A stretch of 64,000 bases of DNA, taken from Terriglobia bacterium. Lineage in GTDB: Bacteria; Acidobacteriota; Terriglobia; 20CM-2-55-15. The notes under the pieces are model-generated. The model was not told the origin of the DNA. It searched no databases and saw only the letters and a program-made list of their open reading frames with translations. Location: assembly GCA_965218585.1 (NCBI GenBank), contig CBDCLE010000025.1:1-64000 (forward strand), written 5' to 3'. Of this stretch, positions 18,872 to 30,054 are shown piece by piece (the stretch's first letter is position 1; every line of letters begins with the position of its first letter). A program made the position numbers and the translations under genes.

Positions 18872-20971
18872 GTGAAAGTCTACGACGGCGAATCGATCCG
18901 GAACGTCTGCTTTGTTGGACATGGAGGTACGGGTAAAACGTCGCTTGTTTCGGCGGCATTGTTCTCGAGTGGCGCAACCAACCGTCTGGGAAGCGTCGAT
19001 GACGGGAATGCCCCCACCGACTACGACGAAGAAGAGATCGAACGCAAAATGACCATCTCCACAAAGATGGCGTTCTGCGAGTGGAAGAAGCACAAGATCA
19101 ACATGCTGGACACCCCGGGCTTCGGAAACATGATTCAGGAAGCACGCGCGGCCTTACGGGTTGCGGATACTGCCATCGTAGTTATTGATAGTGTTTCGGG
19201 CGTTCAGGTCCAGTCGGAAAAGGTCTGGCAATTTGCCAAAGAGTTCGACGTTCCTCGATTTGTGCTCGTCAGCCGCGTGGATCGCGAACGGGCGAGTTTT
19301 GAAGAATCCCTGTCCTCGATTCAGAGTGGACTGGGCCGGACCTGCGTGCCCGTTCAGATCCCTCTGGGAACCGAAAGCGGCTTTCACGGGGTTGCCGACC
19401 TGGTCCGAATGAAAGCTCATCTCTACGAAGCCGACGGTAGCGGAAAGTTTTCCGAGGCTGACATTCCTGACGAATATGCGGGACTTGCCAACGAACATCG
19501 CGAAAAACTGATCGAAATCGTGGCCGAAAGTGATGACGCCCTTATGGAAAAATTCTTTGAGGAGGGCAGCCTGTCGGATGAAGAGCTGATCGCTGGATTG
19601 AGAGCACAGGTTCGTAACCGGAGCATTTATCCTATTCTGTATTCCACGGGAACGGGCAACATCGGTGTGTCTTCGTTTCTGGACGCTGTCGTCGATCTGG
19701 CTCCCGACCCGATGTATAGGGAAACCACCAAAGGAAAGGATTCAGGAGGCAATGAAACGGAAAGGCCAATCGCCGACAGTGAACCCTTTTCGGCCTACGT
19801 TTTCAAGACTATCTCAGATCCGTTTACAGGCCGGATTTCGCTCTTCAAAGTGTACTCGGGAACTTTGACTTCCGAAGTGCAACCGTACAATGTCAACAGA
19901 GAGTCGACTGAACGGATCGGTCACGTCATTCTCCTTCGGGGCAAGGAAACGGTACAGGTACCGAAAGTACACTCAGGAGACATTGCGGCCGTGGCGAAAT
20001 TCAAGGACACACACACGGGCGACACTCTGGCCGACAAATCGAAGCCCATCACCTATCCGTCACTGGAATGGCCCGAACCGATGATTTCGTTTGCCATCGA
20101 ACCCAAGTCGCGGGGGGACGAAGAAAAGATCAGCACGGCGATTCAGAAGATTATCGAGGAAGATCCGGGTCTCCGATACGAACGTGAACCCCAGACCCAT
20201 CAGTTTCTGATCTCAGGACAAGGACAGATGCATGTCGAGGTGGCTGTCTCTCGCCTGAAGGGACGCTACGGGGTCGACGTAAACCTCAAACCTCCCAGAG
20301 TGCCGTACAGAGAAACCATCCGGGGTAAGGCTGACGTCCAGGGGCGGCACAAGAAACAGTCCGGCGGTCACGGCCAGTTCGGAGATTGCAAGATTCGCGT
20401 TGAACCGCTCCCGGGAGGTCCGGAGTTTGAGTTCGCCGACGAAATATTTGGAGGCTCGATTCCGAAGCAATATATCCCTGCCGTCGAAAAAGGCATCCAG
20501 GAAGCACGCGTGAAAGGCACACTCGCGGGATTTCCAACCGTCAATTTCAAAGTAACCCTTTATGACGGCTCCTACCACACGGTCGACTCTTCGGAAATGG
20601 CGTTCAAGATTGCGGGACGCCTGGCTTTCAGAAAAGCCATGGAACAGGCCAAGCCCGTTTTGCTAGAGCCCGTGATGAACGTTGTGATCGATACGCCCGA
20701 AGAATACGCGGGAGATCTGATGGGAGATCTCAACAGCCGTCGCGGACGTGTTCAGGGAATGGAGATGAAAGGTAACACCACTGTTATCAAGGCACAGGTG
20801 CCGCTGGCAGAAATGCTGACGTACGCCTCGGATCTCACCTCAAAAACAGGGGGACATGGAAACTACACGATGGCTTTCGATCATTACGATGAAGTCCCTG
20901 CCCAGTTGGCGGAAAAGGTAATCGCCAAGGCCAAGGCTGAAGCTACGGGTGTAGAAGAAGAGGACGGGTAA
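18872..20971 (+). CDS. fusA: Elongation factor G paralog (EF-G2-like)
   Basis: GHGGTGKT, DTPGF, GQGQMH, KKQSGGHGQFG and DGSYHTVDSSEMAF. Not in the str operon. Confidence 0.9.
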   Translation: MKVYDGESIRNVCFVGHGGTGKTSLVSAALFSSGATNRLGSVDDGNAPTDYDEEEIERKMTISTKMAFCEWKKHKINMLDTPGFGNMIQEARAALRVADTAIVVIDSVSGVQVQSEKVWQFAKEFDVPRFVLVSRVDRERASFEESLSSIQSGLGRTCVPVQIPLGTESGFHGVADLVRMKAHLYEADGSGKFSEADIPDEYAGLANEHREKLIEIVAESDDALMEKFFEEGSLSDEELIAGLRAQVRNRSIYPILYSTGTGNIGVSSFLDAVVDLAPDPMYRETTKGKDSGGNETERPIADSEPFSAYVFKTISDPFTGRISLFKVYSGTLTSEVQPYNVNRESTERIGHVILLRGKETVQVPKVHSGDIAAVAKFKDTHTGDTLADKSKPITYPSLEWPEPMISFAIEPKSRGDEEKISTAIQKIIEEDPGLRYEREPQTHQFLISGQGQMHVEVAVSRLKGRYGVDVNLKPPRVPYRETIRGKADVQGRHKKQSGGHGQFGDCKIRVEPLPGGPEFEFADEIFGGSIPKQYIPAVEKGIQEARVKGTLAGFPTVNFKVTLYDGSYHTVDSSEMAFKIAGRLAFRKAMEQAKPVLLEPVMNVVIDTPEEYAGDLMGDLNSRRGRVQGMEMKGNTTVIKAQVPLAEMLTYASDLTSKTGGHGNYTMAFDHYDEVPAQLAEKVIAKAKAEATGVEEEDG

Positions 20972-23900
20972 CTTTTCCTACAACGGAGGCCCCGAAGCCA
21001 TCGCGGCCGCCGTCCCGTAGATCTCCCAGGCCGCGATCGGCTGATCCGAAGTCAATCGGATATAACCCCCGCTCTGATTCCCGAAGCCTGGAATAAACTG
21101 ATCCAGCAAACGTGCTATGTGACCGTTCGCAGGCACCGAAACAGACCCACTTCCCGACTGCGTTCCTGCAGTATCAAAGACCTCGATCGTTACTTCCGCT
21201 CCAGAGCCTCCCGCGGCGATGGCGATACCTGTAAAGAACCCGCTCTCATTGGCAACGTGAGGAAAAACGATCTCCATCGCTTCGTCAACCGGTGCAATCG
21301 TAACCACCGATTGATCGGTTTCGATGTCGATGACTCCCGCAACGTTCCCGTTGCCGAAGATACTGCTGGCCCTGACTCTCACCGCCCCCGTCTCCAGTTC
21401 CACTTCGGTCACTGGGAACAACTCACCAAGAGAAACGCGGGTTGCGGCTCGGGCACCCAGTTGGAAAGAAGAGGTTCTCGAGCCGAAGGTGATCGTTATG
21501 CCCAGCGGAGCTGTACCGGCGTTAGCAAGACTGACCCATGAACGGTACCCGCCGCCAACAACCGCGTGTGGAAAGATCAGCGACGATCCAGGCTGCGAAA
21601 CTGATTCGCCAATTCCGAGATTTCCTTCTGTGCCGAACCTCTCGACGCCAGCGATCGGAGCTGGTGCAACAATCCGAACCGGCCCGTCAAGCGGCGTCGT
21701 TCGCTGGGAGCGTGGTGGAATCTCCAGTGGCAGGCTTTGAGCCGTGTCCAGATCGGTAATCATGGCTGTGACCGATTCGGTCGAGGGATTGATGAGTATG
21801 GCGTCGGCGCCGGTATGAAAGAAAAAGAAATCCGTTGCGGATAGCGCCGGTGAGGCACCGTCGAATTCATTGAGGTCCAGAGTGCCACTGGTTGTGTACG
21901 CACGGAGTCCCGCTTCTGAGGCTTCCAAGTCGAGCCAGCCATCGAACACGGATATTCCAAAGATTTCCGACAGGAGACGAGCCCACTGCTGGCCAGGTTC
22001 CAGCCGGATAGAAGTCGGATTCCGAACGCCAAGACCCGTGGGAAGCGAACCGTCGGGATTCACGGCACGGAGAACGACATCTGTTGCTGCTTCCGCCAGA
22101 AGTGCAAGACCACCGAAGGTCTGGGAAGACTCCGAGACCGAAGGGAAGAGAGCGATCGTGGAAACAAACGCGGTGTCGACTTCGATCCCGTTGGAGAAAC
22201 TGGACTCACTGACCAACCCCGTCGCATTTCTCGCGCGCACAGTGAAGTAATAGGTCACACCGTTTTCGAGTGCCAAGTCTGACGCGACGACTGAATTGCT
22301 TCGGACCGTCGTGAAATCGCGGACGTCGATTCCACCGGACGTCGTCCCGATAGCGTAATCGAATTCCACGGCGGTGGAGGTTGCAGTTTCCGTTGTCCAC
22401 GAAGCTGAAAGTTCAGAAAGACTCGACATTCGGGCTCCGCTGTTTGAAACAACAGGTTTTCCCGGAGGCGTCGAGTCAGTCAGCTCTTCGGTGTAGGTGC
22501 CACCGTTAAACCGGTAGGTGACGGCAGTCCCCGAAGCCAGGATGCCCTCATTGAACCCGGCCTGAACAGCCACGTCCCGCCGTACGTTCTGCATACCGAT
22601 AGTCGCACTGGAGCCGTCGGACTGGGTGCCGGTCATGGTGTCATAGACGAAGCGGACGTCGTTGGATCCCTCGTAGAGGATCAGCTGAAAGGTCAGATCC
22701 GCTCCGAGGTCCACACCCACAGTGTCCAGGATGGATACGCCCGACCACTGAACGATGAACCGTCGGCTCCCCGTCAAACCCATAACACGCGTGCTTACCT
22801 GCGCCCCCTCGCTCAGTATGAGGTCGTCAAAAAACGGTGCGATCAAGGCTGTGGGGATAACACCCTCACCCCCGCTGGGACGTATGACGGTACTCGCAGG
22901 CAGAGAAGCGTTCTGAAACTCCGGCGAGGACGCTCCATCCAGACTGATCCATCCGTTGGTCGCAATGGAAATTCGTGTTCCTGTCAGGAACGTGTCGGTA
23001 AATAGACTGAACGTGAAAGGCAGTTCATCGAAGAAGATGGCGTCGTCTTCGTTTGGAAAACTGATGTTCGTTCCTCCAGCCGCCGGAGAAGCGTCCACAA
23101 ATTCCACGATGGTCGGTGCTGTGTTTTCACTCGGCTCCGGATCTGTCACAGTGAATGTCCCCGCATCGACTTCGACTCCAAACACCGAGACAGTAAGGGA
23201 ATCCGTCGTCGCGCTAAACGGCACTACAGTCTCGATCCGCGTGCGGGTTGAACTGACGGTGCGCGCCCTGACTTCACCGAAACGTAGGATAACGTTCTGG
23301 GGACGAGTGGCGAAGTTTGTGCCGTCGATGACGACCAAGGTTGCCGGAGGACCGCTCGCCGGTTGTACGCTGGAGATCGTTGGGGGCGGTGCTGTATAGC
23401 TGAACGCATTCTCAAGGAGACCCGACGTACCGTCGCTATTGAATAGCTGAAGGTTGGCCGGGCCGGGAGAGTTGGCCGGTGCCGTCGCCTGGAGCTGTCC
23501 GGAGTTCAGGAACACGACGTTCTCTGCGGCAAGACCGGCAAAGAAAACTCGGATTCCGGGGCGGAAATTCCGACCTGTGATGGTCACAGGGGTTCCCCCT
23601 TCAAAAAAGCCCGAATTGGGAAACATTTCCAGATCGTCAGGAGGAGGGTTCGTAACTACGATTCCGCCGCTCACTATTGATATATCGGCACCGGACTCCC
23701 CGATTACGTTCTTGGGGCCGAGCGGCGTGGCCGGATCGATCACTGTTTCCAGCGTCGCGCTTGTGGGGGCCGTGGTCGCAAGACGTCCACCGAACGTTAC
23801 GTCATCGAAACGAATGAGTGGCGTCGATACGGACAACGAAACTCCTCCTACGACCTCGACACCACCGACGCGAACAGTTTCTGAACTTCCCTGTCCGATT

Positions 23901-24038
23901 CGGGATGCGAACACGGGCCGGGTCAGGTTAAAACCGGAAATCGAGGCAGGCAGAACGTGGATGTCGATGCCACTAATCGTTCCTCCAGTCGTGGCCGTGA
24001 CGGCGGAAGCGCCGTCGAGGAACCGGGTGTCCCCATAC

Positions 24039-25506
24039 TACTACTATGTTACAAACGAAGCGGTCCACAGAACGGACAACGAGGAAGCTGCTGAATCAGG
24101 AAGCGGGCGATGCGAATGCGAAGCGTGGCAATCGAGCAGGGGTTATGTCGTTCGGGCCGGATCCGGGGTTCCGCGGGGTTTGAAGTGTTTGGGGAGTTTG
24201 GGGACGGATAGTCCAACATGCTCGACAAATGCAGAGGGGGAAAAACGGCTCCGCTCGGCGACCAGGAACCCATAAGAGACAATACATAAGGTGCCATGAT
24301 GGTGAAATCCACGCCAGCCGCGACCTTCGTAGTGTCCCAGACCGAGTTCCTGCTTGAGTTCCTGATAGTCGCGTTCGATGATCCAGCGCTGTTTGGCCTG
24401 ACCGGCCAGATCGGAAAGCGAGGTATGGGCCCCAAGAGTGGAGAGCCAGTACCGGATCGGTTCGGATGCGGTCTTGGGCCACTCGACCAACAACCACTCT
24501 TTCGGATGCGGCGAGTGGCGCTCGTGATCCAGATGAGCGGGACGAATGCGAACTGCGGCGAAACGGGAACGCAGGGTCTCGGAGGTGCCTTCGCGCCAGG
24601 AGACGTTCTTCCAACGCTGGGGAGACAACGAGAGGGCCAGTTGCTTGACCGAAACCGGTTGATGTTTCTTGTTGCGCTGCATGCGGGTCGGTGTCCGTCC
24701 GCGGCCGGTCAAGGATTTCGGCGGCAAGGGACCCTGGCCCGGTTTCCACACGGTCGTGGTGCCTTGCACCCCTAGGACGTAGCTAAGTCCGAGTTCGGTG
24801 ATGCCGTGCCGGAACTTGTAGTTGTTGCCGTAGGCCGTATCGCCCAGAACCGGTGCCGGAGCAATGCCGTCATCGACGGCCTGCCGGATTTGTTCCAAAG
24901 CAATTTGAGGTTTAGTTTGAAATCGAACGTCTTCGGGAATAGCGGCTTTGCTTCGACGTTCCGGATCCTTCGCCCAGGTCTCGGGGAGGTAGAGTCGCCA
25001 TGCCACCGGCAAGCTGGATTTCGCTGTCGCCACCGACAGGCTCACCGCCACCCGGCAGTTCTCAGGTTTGCCGACCTGTCCACAGTATTGCCGGGCCACA
25101 CCCACCGAGTGGGTCCCCTTTTTCACGAATCCGGTGTCGTCGACAATCCAGGCTTCAATCGGACCGTTGGCTTCCATCGCCCCCAGCGCGTACTGTCGAA
25201 CTTCTGCCAACAGAGCCGCATCGTCCCAGGGCGCATCCGCGACCAGATGATGTAGCGACTGGTGCATTCGGCGTACATTATCCGGAGCCAATCGTGCAGC
25301 CATCGGCTCCACACTCTTACGTTTGATCGGCAGCAACAACCCGGTGCAGTACGACTTCAACGGTTCATGACGATCGGCGTGTCCTGCGGCCGACGCCAGG
25401 CGTTCCAAATAGGCCGCAAAACGTTTTTCCTGAGTGCCTGGCGCCTTCGATTTGGCGCTCATGACCGGATGCTAACATAAAATAGGCCGTTTGTAACATA
25501 GTAGGA
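24039..25506 (-). mobile_element. IS701-family insertion sequence
   Basis: Terminal IRs CTACTATGTTACAAAC / GTTTGTAACATAGTAG. Flanks ATAC (24035-24038) and ATAG (25507-25510) fit a 4-bp target duplication with one mismatch. Confidence 0.9.
24143..25462 (-). CDS. IS701-family transposase
   Basis: IVDDTGFVKKGTHSVGVARQYCG, LYLPETW, RWIIERDYQELKQELGLGHYEGRGWRGFHHH. Confidence 0.93.
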   Translation of the reverse strand: MSAKSKAPGTQEKRFAAYLERLASAAGHADRHEPLKSYCTGLLLPIKRKSVEPMAARLAPDNVRRMHQSLHHLVADAPWDDAALLAEVRQYALGAMEANGPIEAWIVDDTGFVKKGTHSVGVARQYCGQVGKPENCRVAVSLSVATAKSSLPVAWRLYLPETWAKDPERRSKAAIPEDVRFQTKPQIALEQIRQAVDDGIAPAPVLGDTAYGNNYKFRHGITELGLSYVLGVQGTTTVWKPGQGPLPPKSLTGRGRTPTRMQRNKKHQPVSVKQLALSLSPQRWKNVSWREGTSETLRSRFAAVRIRPAHLDHERHSPHPKEWLLVEWPKTASEPIRYWLSTLGAHTSLSDLAGQAKQRWIIERDYQELKQELGLGHYEGRGWRGFHHHGTLCIVSYGFLVAERSRFSPSAFVEHVGLSVPKLPKHFKPRGTPDPARTT

Positions 25507-26384
25507 ATAGTAGGTGGTCCCGAAATCCGCATCCAGACCAGAGAAGAACCCTGGAAGATGCTGTGACGAGACCGGCTGATCCAAGGGCTCCGCATACACG
25601 CGGTAATCGCCCGGAGGAAGAAATCGAATCGTATAGGTACCGTCTCTCGCCGACATCGTCGACGTCACAACCGTTCCATTAGTATCCATCGCAACGACGT
25701 GTGCTCCGAAGACATCGGCACCGTTATCCGTTACGGTCCCCTCAATCTCGCCAACTACCGACGTCGCAGTTGGGTCAGGATATATTTCCGAAACTCCGGC
25801 GATGTCGTCACGAAGCAAGACGCGCTGATCGGTCTGATCCTGAATAGCAAACGGTGCCATAACTGAAGAAACTAAACCACTGTGATCCAGACCCAGCATG
25901 TGCCCCACTTCGTGAGTCAAAACGCTCTGGATGTCGAATCGGCCGGCCTCCCCACTGGTCGTCAAAGAATGGGAAGGGTTGAACGCAATGTCGGATTCAT
26001 CGAAAAGAAGTTCCGAACCGCTCCTCCTGAAAAACGAAAACGTAGCCGCCAGTGTCGAAGACCCCAAGAGCGCTCCCAGACCCGTGTCGTCGACGAAAGT
26101 AACCAGGTTTGTTCCGTCCCGACCGGCCGTACGTATGGACGTCATTCCCTGAAATTCGAAATCGACGTTGGCTCCCTCGACCCCCTCCCATGCGTCAAAT
26201 GCGCCCTGGACGGCCAGAAACTCGCTTCCATTAGGTATCTGCGGCGAACCCGCCTCGCTGACGGAATATGGAATCGCGCTTTCAGACCATCGTGGCATCG
26301 AACCCAGCGTAGATGTAATCCGAACGTAGGCAGAGACGGATTGCCACGGGATCACGATCAGGGCCAGCGACACGAGGAATCTCT

Positions 26385-26903
26385 TCAACGCACGTTCCCG
26401 CTTAGAAGGTTTTGACGGATCACTTCCTTGAAAACATCGAACGGCATCCGCGTCTGGCGAGGGAGACCTCGATCGGTGAATTCCAGACTCGAGACATTGT
26501 TGGACACAAAACCGCCCGCAACGGAAAACTTGCCCTGACCGAGACCCACAACCGTCCGATAGGGACCCGCTGCCTCCAGAAACACGACGGTGTCTTCGCC
26601 GGGCCGAAAAAACGGGCATCCCGGCAACGTATAGGGTTTCGTCACCGATCGTCCCACCGATTGTCGTTATTTCAATAGTCCGACCGGGAACGCCCTTCAG
26701 TGTCTCAGCGACTTCGATCGTGTGTCTGGTGAGTATCAGCCGTCCGTCCAGAACTCCAGTAGGTCTCCGAATCACTCACCTTTCCGACAACGATCTCGTG
26801 CGCCAGTCGATACGAGCCCATCCAGATCGAGACGTTTGACCGTAGTCGCTTGAAGGGTGCCGGCCAGGAGCACGCACAGAAGCAAAGCCAAACTGAACTT
26901 CAT
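26385..26903 (-). pseudogene. Secreted hypothetical protein (about three frameshifts), coupled to the protease gene
   Basis: Stitched frames read MKFSLALLLC...ATTVKRLDLDGLV / LAHEIVVGKV...YWSS / DGRLILT...VAGMPVF / RPGEDTVVFL...GLGQGKF. Stop overlaps the protease TTG. Confidence 0.65.
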
Positions 26904-27056
26904 GAACACAACCTTTTGACAAGATTTACAAACTGAAAGTTTACCGAAACGACACCGTTAACAGGTTACACGTTTTGAAGAAGTCGAATAAGCCGCACGA
27001 AGGGGTGAGGTCAGACGGACAAAGTAGGTGAAGGGCTGTGTTACCATCGACGCATT

Positions 27057-27230
27057 ATGGCGGTTAATCCTGAGCTGCTGAAAATCCTGGTTTGCCCGCT
27101 TTGCAAGGCTGAAGTCTCCCTGGTGCACAACGACGAGGGGCTCAAGTGCAGCGAATGCAACCGTGTTTACCCGATCCGGGACGACATCCCCGTCATGCTG
27201 GTCAGCGAAGCCAAAATAGAGGACGAGTAG
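27057..27230 (+). CDS. Trm112/YcaR-family small protein (absent from ORF track)
   Basis: MAVNPELLKILVCPLCK...LKCSECNRVYPIRDDIPVML, 57 aa. Confidence 0.88.
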   Translation: MAVNPELLKILVCPLCKAEVSLVHNDEGLKCSECNRVYPIRDDIPVMLVSEAKIEDE

Positions 27231-27234
27231 CGCC

Positions 27235-28275
27235 GTGGCTCGTCCGGTCCGGGACCTCTTCCACAAGCTTCCATCAAACGCCCGAATACTGCTGATCCGT
27301 CTACGCTCAATGGGTGATTGTCTTCTGGTTACGAGTCCACTCCGAGCCCTCAAGGAGGAGTTCCCTGGTTTCCGTGTCTCCGTACTGGTTCAACCCGAAT
27401 TTTCGGGATGTTTCGATGGCAACTCCGACGTAGATGAAGTCTTGATCACAAGCGAAGAGAAGTTCCAGACGGTGGCCCGCCTGTTGGTTAGACACTTCCA
27501 CGCAATCGTGAATCTTCATGGAGGCCCGACCAGCCTGACCTACTCCTGTGCCACCTGGGGCCGACGGATCGGTGTCGAAGGATATCAATATGACCGGCTC
27601 TATTCGGGACTCATCCCACGCCCCGGCGGAGACCTTCATTCTGTCGAGGCGACAATGGAACTATTTCGTGTTTTGGGTGTGCGATCGGAAACACCGCCTC
27701 CCCTGCAGTATGCATTCCATCCTGAAGAGGCAGCCTGGGTTCAGGACACTCTCCGGAGCCGGCCTTACGTGGTGCTCCATCCGGCAGCGCGAATGGAAAC
27801 GAAGAGATGGTCCGCTGCAGGGTTCGCAACGGTGGGCAAAAAGTTGGGCGAAACCGGCCTATGCACGGTCTTGACTTCTGGCCCCGGTGAGGAGGCGGTT
27901 GTTGGTGAGACGGCCAAGGACCTACCGGAGAGCGTGATTCTGTTCGGCCTCACCATTCCCCAACTCGCCGAGTTGATCAGAGGCGCGCGTCTTTACATCG
28001 GCAATGACTCGGGCCCGATGCATCTGGCGGCTGCCGTAGGGACGCCCACAGTAGCTGTGTGGGGCTCTTCGGACTCGGGGCGGTGGCGGCCATGGAAGGT
28101 GCCTCATCGCGTGGTCCAGAACCCGTTCGAATGCAATCCGTGTCCCGGATACGAGTGCGACGTCGCCGAAACGCCACTGTGTATCGAATCCGTAACAACC
28201 AGACAGGTGGAAGAAGCCGTTCAGTTATTGCTCCGAGAAACGACGACGGGGGTTCCGGCCCGAGCGACTCTATGA
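27235..28275 (+). CDS. GT9 LPS heptosyltransferase
   Basis: ILLIRLRSMGDCLL, KRW and IGNDSGPMHLAAAVGTPTVA motifs. Confidence 0.9.
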   Translation: MARPVRDLFHKLPSNARILLIRLRSMGDCLLVTSPLRALKEEFPGFRVSVLVQPEFSGCFDGNSDVDEVLITSEEKFQTVARLLVRHFHAIVNLHGGPTSLTYSCATWGRRIGVEGYQYDRLYSGLIPRPGGDLHSVEATMELFRVLGVRSETPPPLQYAFHPEEAAWVQDTLRSRPYVVLHPAARMETKRWSAAGFATVGKKLGETGLCTVLTSGPGEEAVVGETAKDLPESVILFGLTIPQLAELIRGARLYIGNDSGPMHLAAAVGTPTVAVWGSSDSGRWRPWKVPHRVVQNPFECNPCPGYECDVAETPLCIESVTTRQVEEAVQLLLRETTTGVPARATL

Positions 28276-29240
28276 AAAAGCACCGCCTTGAACAATTGCT
28301 GAGTAACTTTTCGGGCAAGAAGATCGTGGTGCTGGGTGACGTGATGCTCGACGAGTTCATTTGGGGAGATGTTGACAGAATCTCCCCAGAGGCTCCCGTA
28401 CCGGTGGTGGAGGTCACCAAGGAAACCAACCGGCTCGGGGGATCGGCAAACGTGGTTGCGAACGTCAAGACGCTGGGCGGAAATCCCATTACGATTGCCG
28501 TTGTTGGAAGAGACTCTGCGGCCGAGCGCCTGCGGGGCTTGTACCAAAACTTCCAGATCGATTCGAGTCACCTGATCGCCCACGATCGGACAACGACGAT
28601 CAAGACCCGCATCATAGCTCAGAATCAACTGGTTGTTCGGACCGACCGCGAGGACAGGGCGCCACTGCCTTCGCCTGTCAATAAGGTGCTCGAAAAGCAT
28701 TTTCTCGAGGCCCTGCCCGGAAGCGATGCCGTTATCGTCTCTGACTACGACAAAGGTGTGGTCAACCAGGAACTACTGAATGCGATTCTACCCGAGGCCG
28801 ATCGCGCAGGAGTTCCAGTCTATCTTGATCCCAAGGTGCACCACGCGGACTACTACAAACCGATCACGCTGATCACTCCAAACAAGGCGGAAGCAGAACT
28901 CCTCTCCGGCAAACGGATCCTGAACACATCAGACCTGGAGGAAGCGGGCCGCCAACTTCTCGACCGCTTCGAATGCCCATACATCCTGATCACCCGAGGG
29001 AAGGAAGGGATGTCGCTGTTTGACCAAGACACAGTGCATCATTTGCCCACGTCCGCGCAGGAAGTCTTTGATGTGAGCGGCGCGGGGGACACGGTCGTTG
29101 CGGCACTGACGGTGGCGGCATCGAGCGGGGCATCGATGGAAGAGGCCGCCTACATCGCGAACGAGGCCGGTGGAATTGTCGTCGGCAAGATCGGTACCGC
29201 CACCCTGACGCCGACCGAACTCATGGAACGATTCCACTAA
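28272..29240 (+). CDS. rfaE1: D-glycero-beta-D-manno-heptose-7-phosphate kinase (HldE kinase domain)
   Basis: GDVMLD, RISPEAPVPV, SDYDKG and DVSGAGDT. ATG 28272 overlaps the upstream stop. Confidence 0.92.
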   Translation: MKKHRLEQLLSNFSGKKIVVLGDVMLDEFIWGDVDRISPEAPVPVVEVTKETNRLGGSANVVANVKTLGGNPITIAVVGRDSAAERLRGLYQNFQIDSSHLIAHDRTTTIKTRIIAQNQLVVRTDREDRAPLPSPVNKVLEKHFLEALPGSDAVIVSDYDKGVVNQELLNAILPEADRAGVPVYLDPKVHHADYYKPITLITPNKAEAELLSGKRILNTSDLEEAGRQLLDRFECPYILITRGKEGMSLFDQDTVHHLPTSAQEVFDVSGAGDTVVAALTVAASSGASMEEAAYIANEAGGIVVGKIGTATLTPTELMERFH

Positions 29241-29267
29241 CCACACACCGAGGTAGAAAAGCCACGA

Positions 29268-30017
29268 TCACGTTGGCAGCCCTCGCGCAAGTCTGTACTT
29301 GAGTCGGACTTCGTACGCACTGATCCGTGCGATCTGGTAGCCCACAGCGCCGTCTAGGATGCCGAGCTTCCAGATATATGTCTTTATGAAACGCAATCCA
29401 GGACCGAACTCGGACCGCCACCAGAGTCCGGACTGAAGCTCTGCCCGGGCCTTCTCGGCTCCCAGTTCGGCATATTTTCTGGCTCTATCTCGGTGCTCTG
29501 CGACCGTCGAATAGCAATAGTGGTGCAGATCACCTTTCAGCCACGTGATTCGCGGCTGACTCAGGAAGGTAAGCCTTTCGTGGACCGGATCCGTTGTCCA
29601 CTCGGCGATTTCGTTCGGAAAGAGGCGCAGCTTCTTATCGGGATACCATCCCCCATGCCGAACCCACTGACCGCAATAGCTGGACAGGCGAGGAAACCCG
29701 TAAACACCGCTTAGACCATCGTCTCGTTCAACGAGGATGGACGCTCGGAGATCCTCCGACAGGGCTTCGTCGGCGTCCAGTGACAAAATATAGGGGTGCG
29801 TCGCCTGAGCATTACCGAAGTTCTTCTGATTGCCGTACCCCGTCCAGGGGTGATCAATGACCCGCGCTCCCTTTTCTTCTGCTATTTGACGGGTTCGATC
29901 TGAGGAGCCCGCGTCAACAACCAGGGTTTCGGCCGTTACGTCGGCGAGCGAGTCCAGGCAGCGCCCTATGTTTCGTTCTTCATTGAGCGTTATGACGACG
30001 GCAGTGATGGATGTCAT
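29268..30017 (-). CDS. GT2 beta-1,4-glucosyltransferase-like (LPS)
   Basis: ITLNEERNI, GSSDRT, LSLDADE, GGWYPD and VHE motifs. Confidence 0.88.
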   Translation of the reverse strand: MTSITAVVITLNEERNIGRCLDSLADVTAETLVVDAGSSDRTRQIAEEKGARVIDHPWTGYGNQKNFGNAQATHPYILSLDADEALSEDLRASILVERDDGLSGVYGFPRLSSYCGQWVRHGGWYPDKKLRLFPNEIAEWTTDPVHERLTFLSQPRITWLKGDLHHYCYSTVAEHRDRARKYAELGAEKARAELQSGLWWRSEFGPGLRFIKTYIWKLGILDGAVGYQIARISAYEVRLKYRLARGLPT

Positions 30018-30054
30018 GGACTACTGTTGGGGGTCTTCGGTTAGGGACCCTGCA

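Larger units (their letters stand above)
20978..26388 (-). pseudogene. Large secreted matrixin (M10) metalloprotease with IPT/TIG, FN3-like and C-terminal repeats, split by IS701
   Basis: TTG 26388 starts a signal peptide. HEVGHMLGLDH and Met-turn SVMAP present. Removing the IS restores DFGTTYY-GDTRFL in frame with 20978-23914 (3939 nt, ~1312 aa). Confidence 0.85.

Noticed and set aside
25459-26775. 438-aa ORF as a single real protein
   Set aside because: It is an accidental fusion of part of the frameshifted upstream gene, the protease N-terminus and IS701 end sequence.
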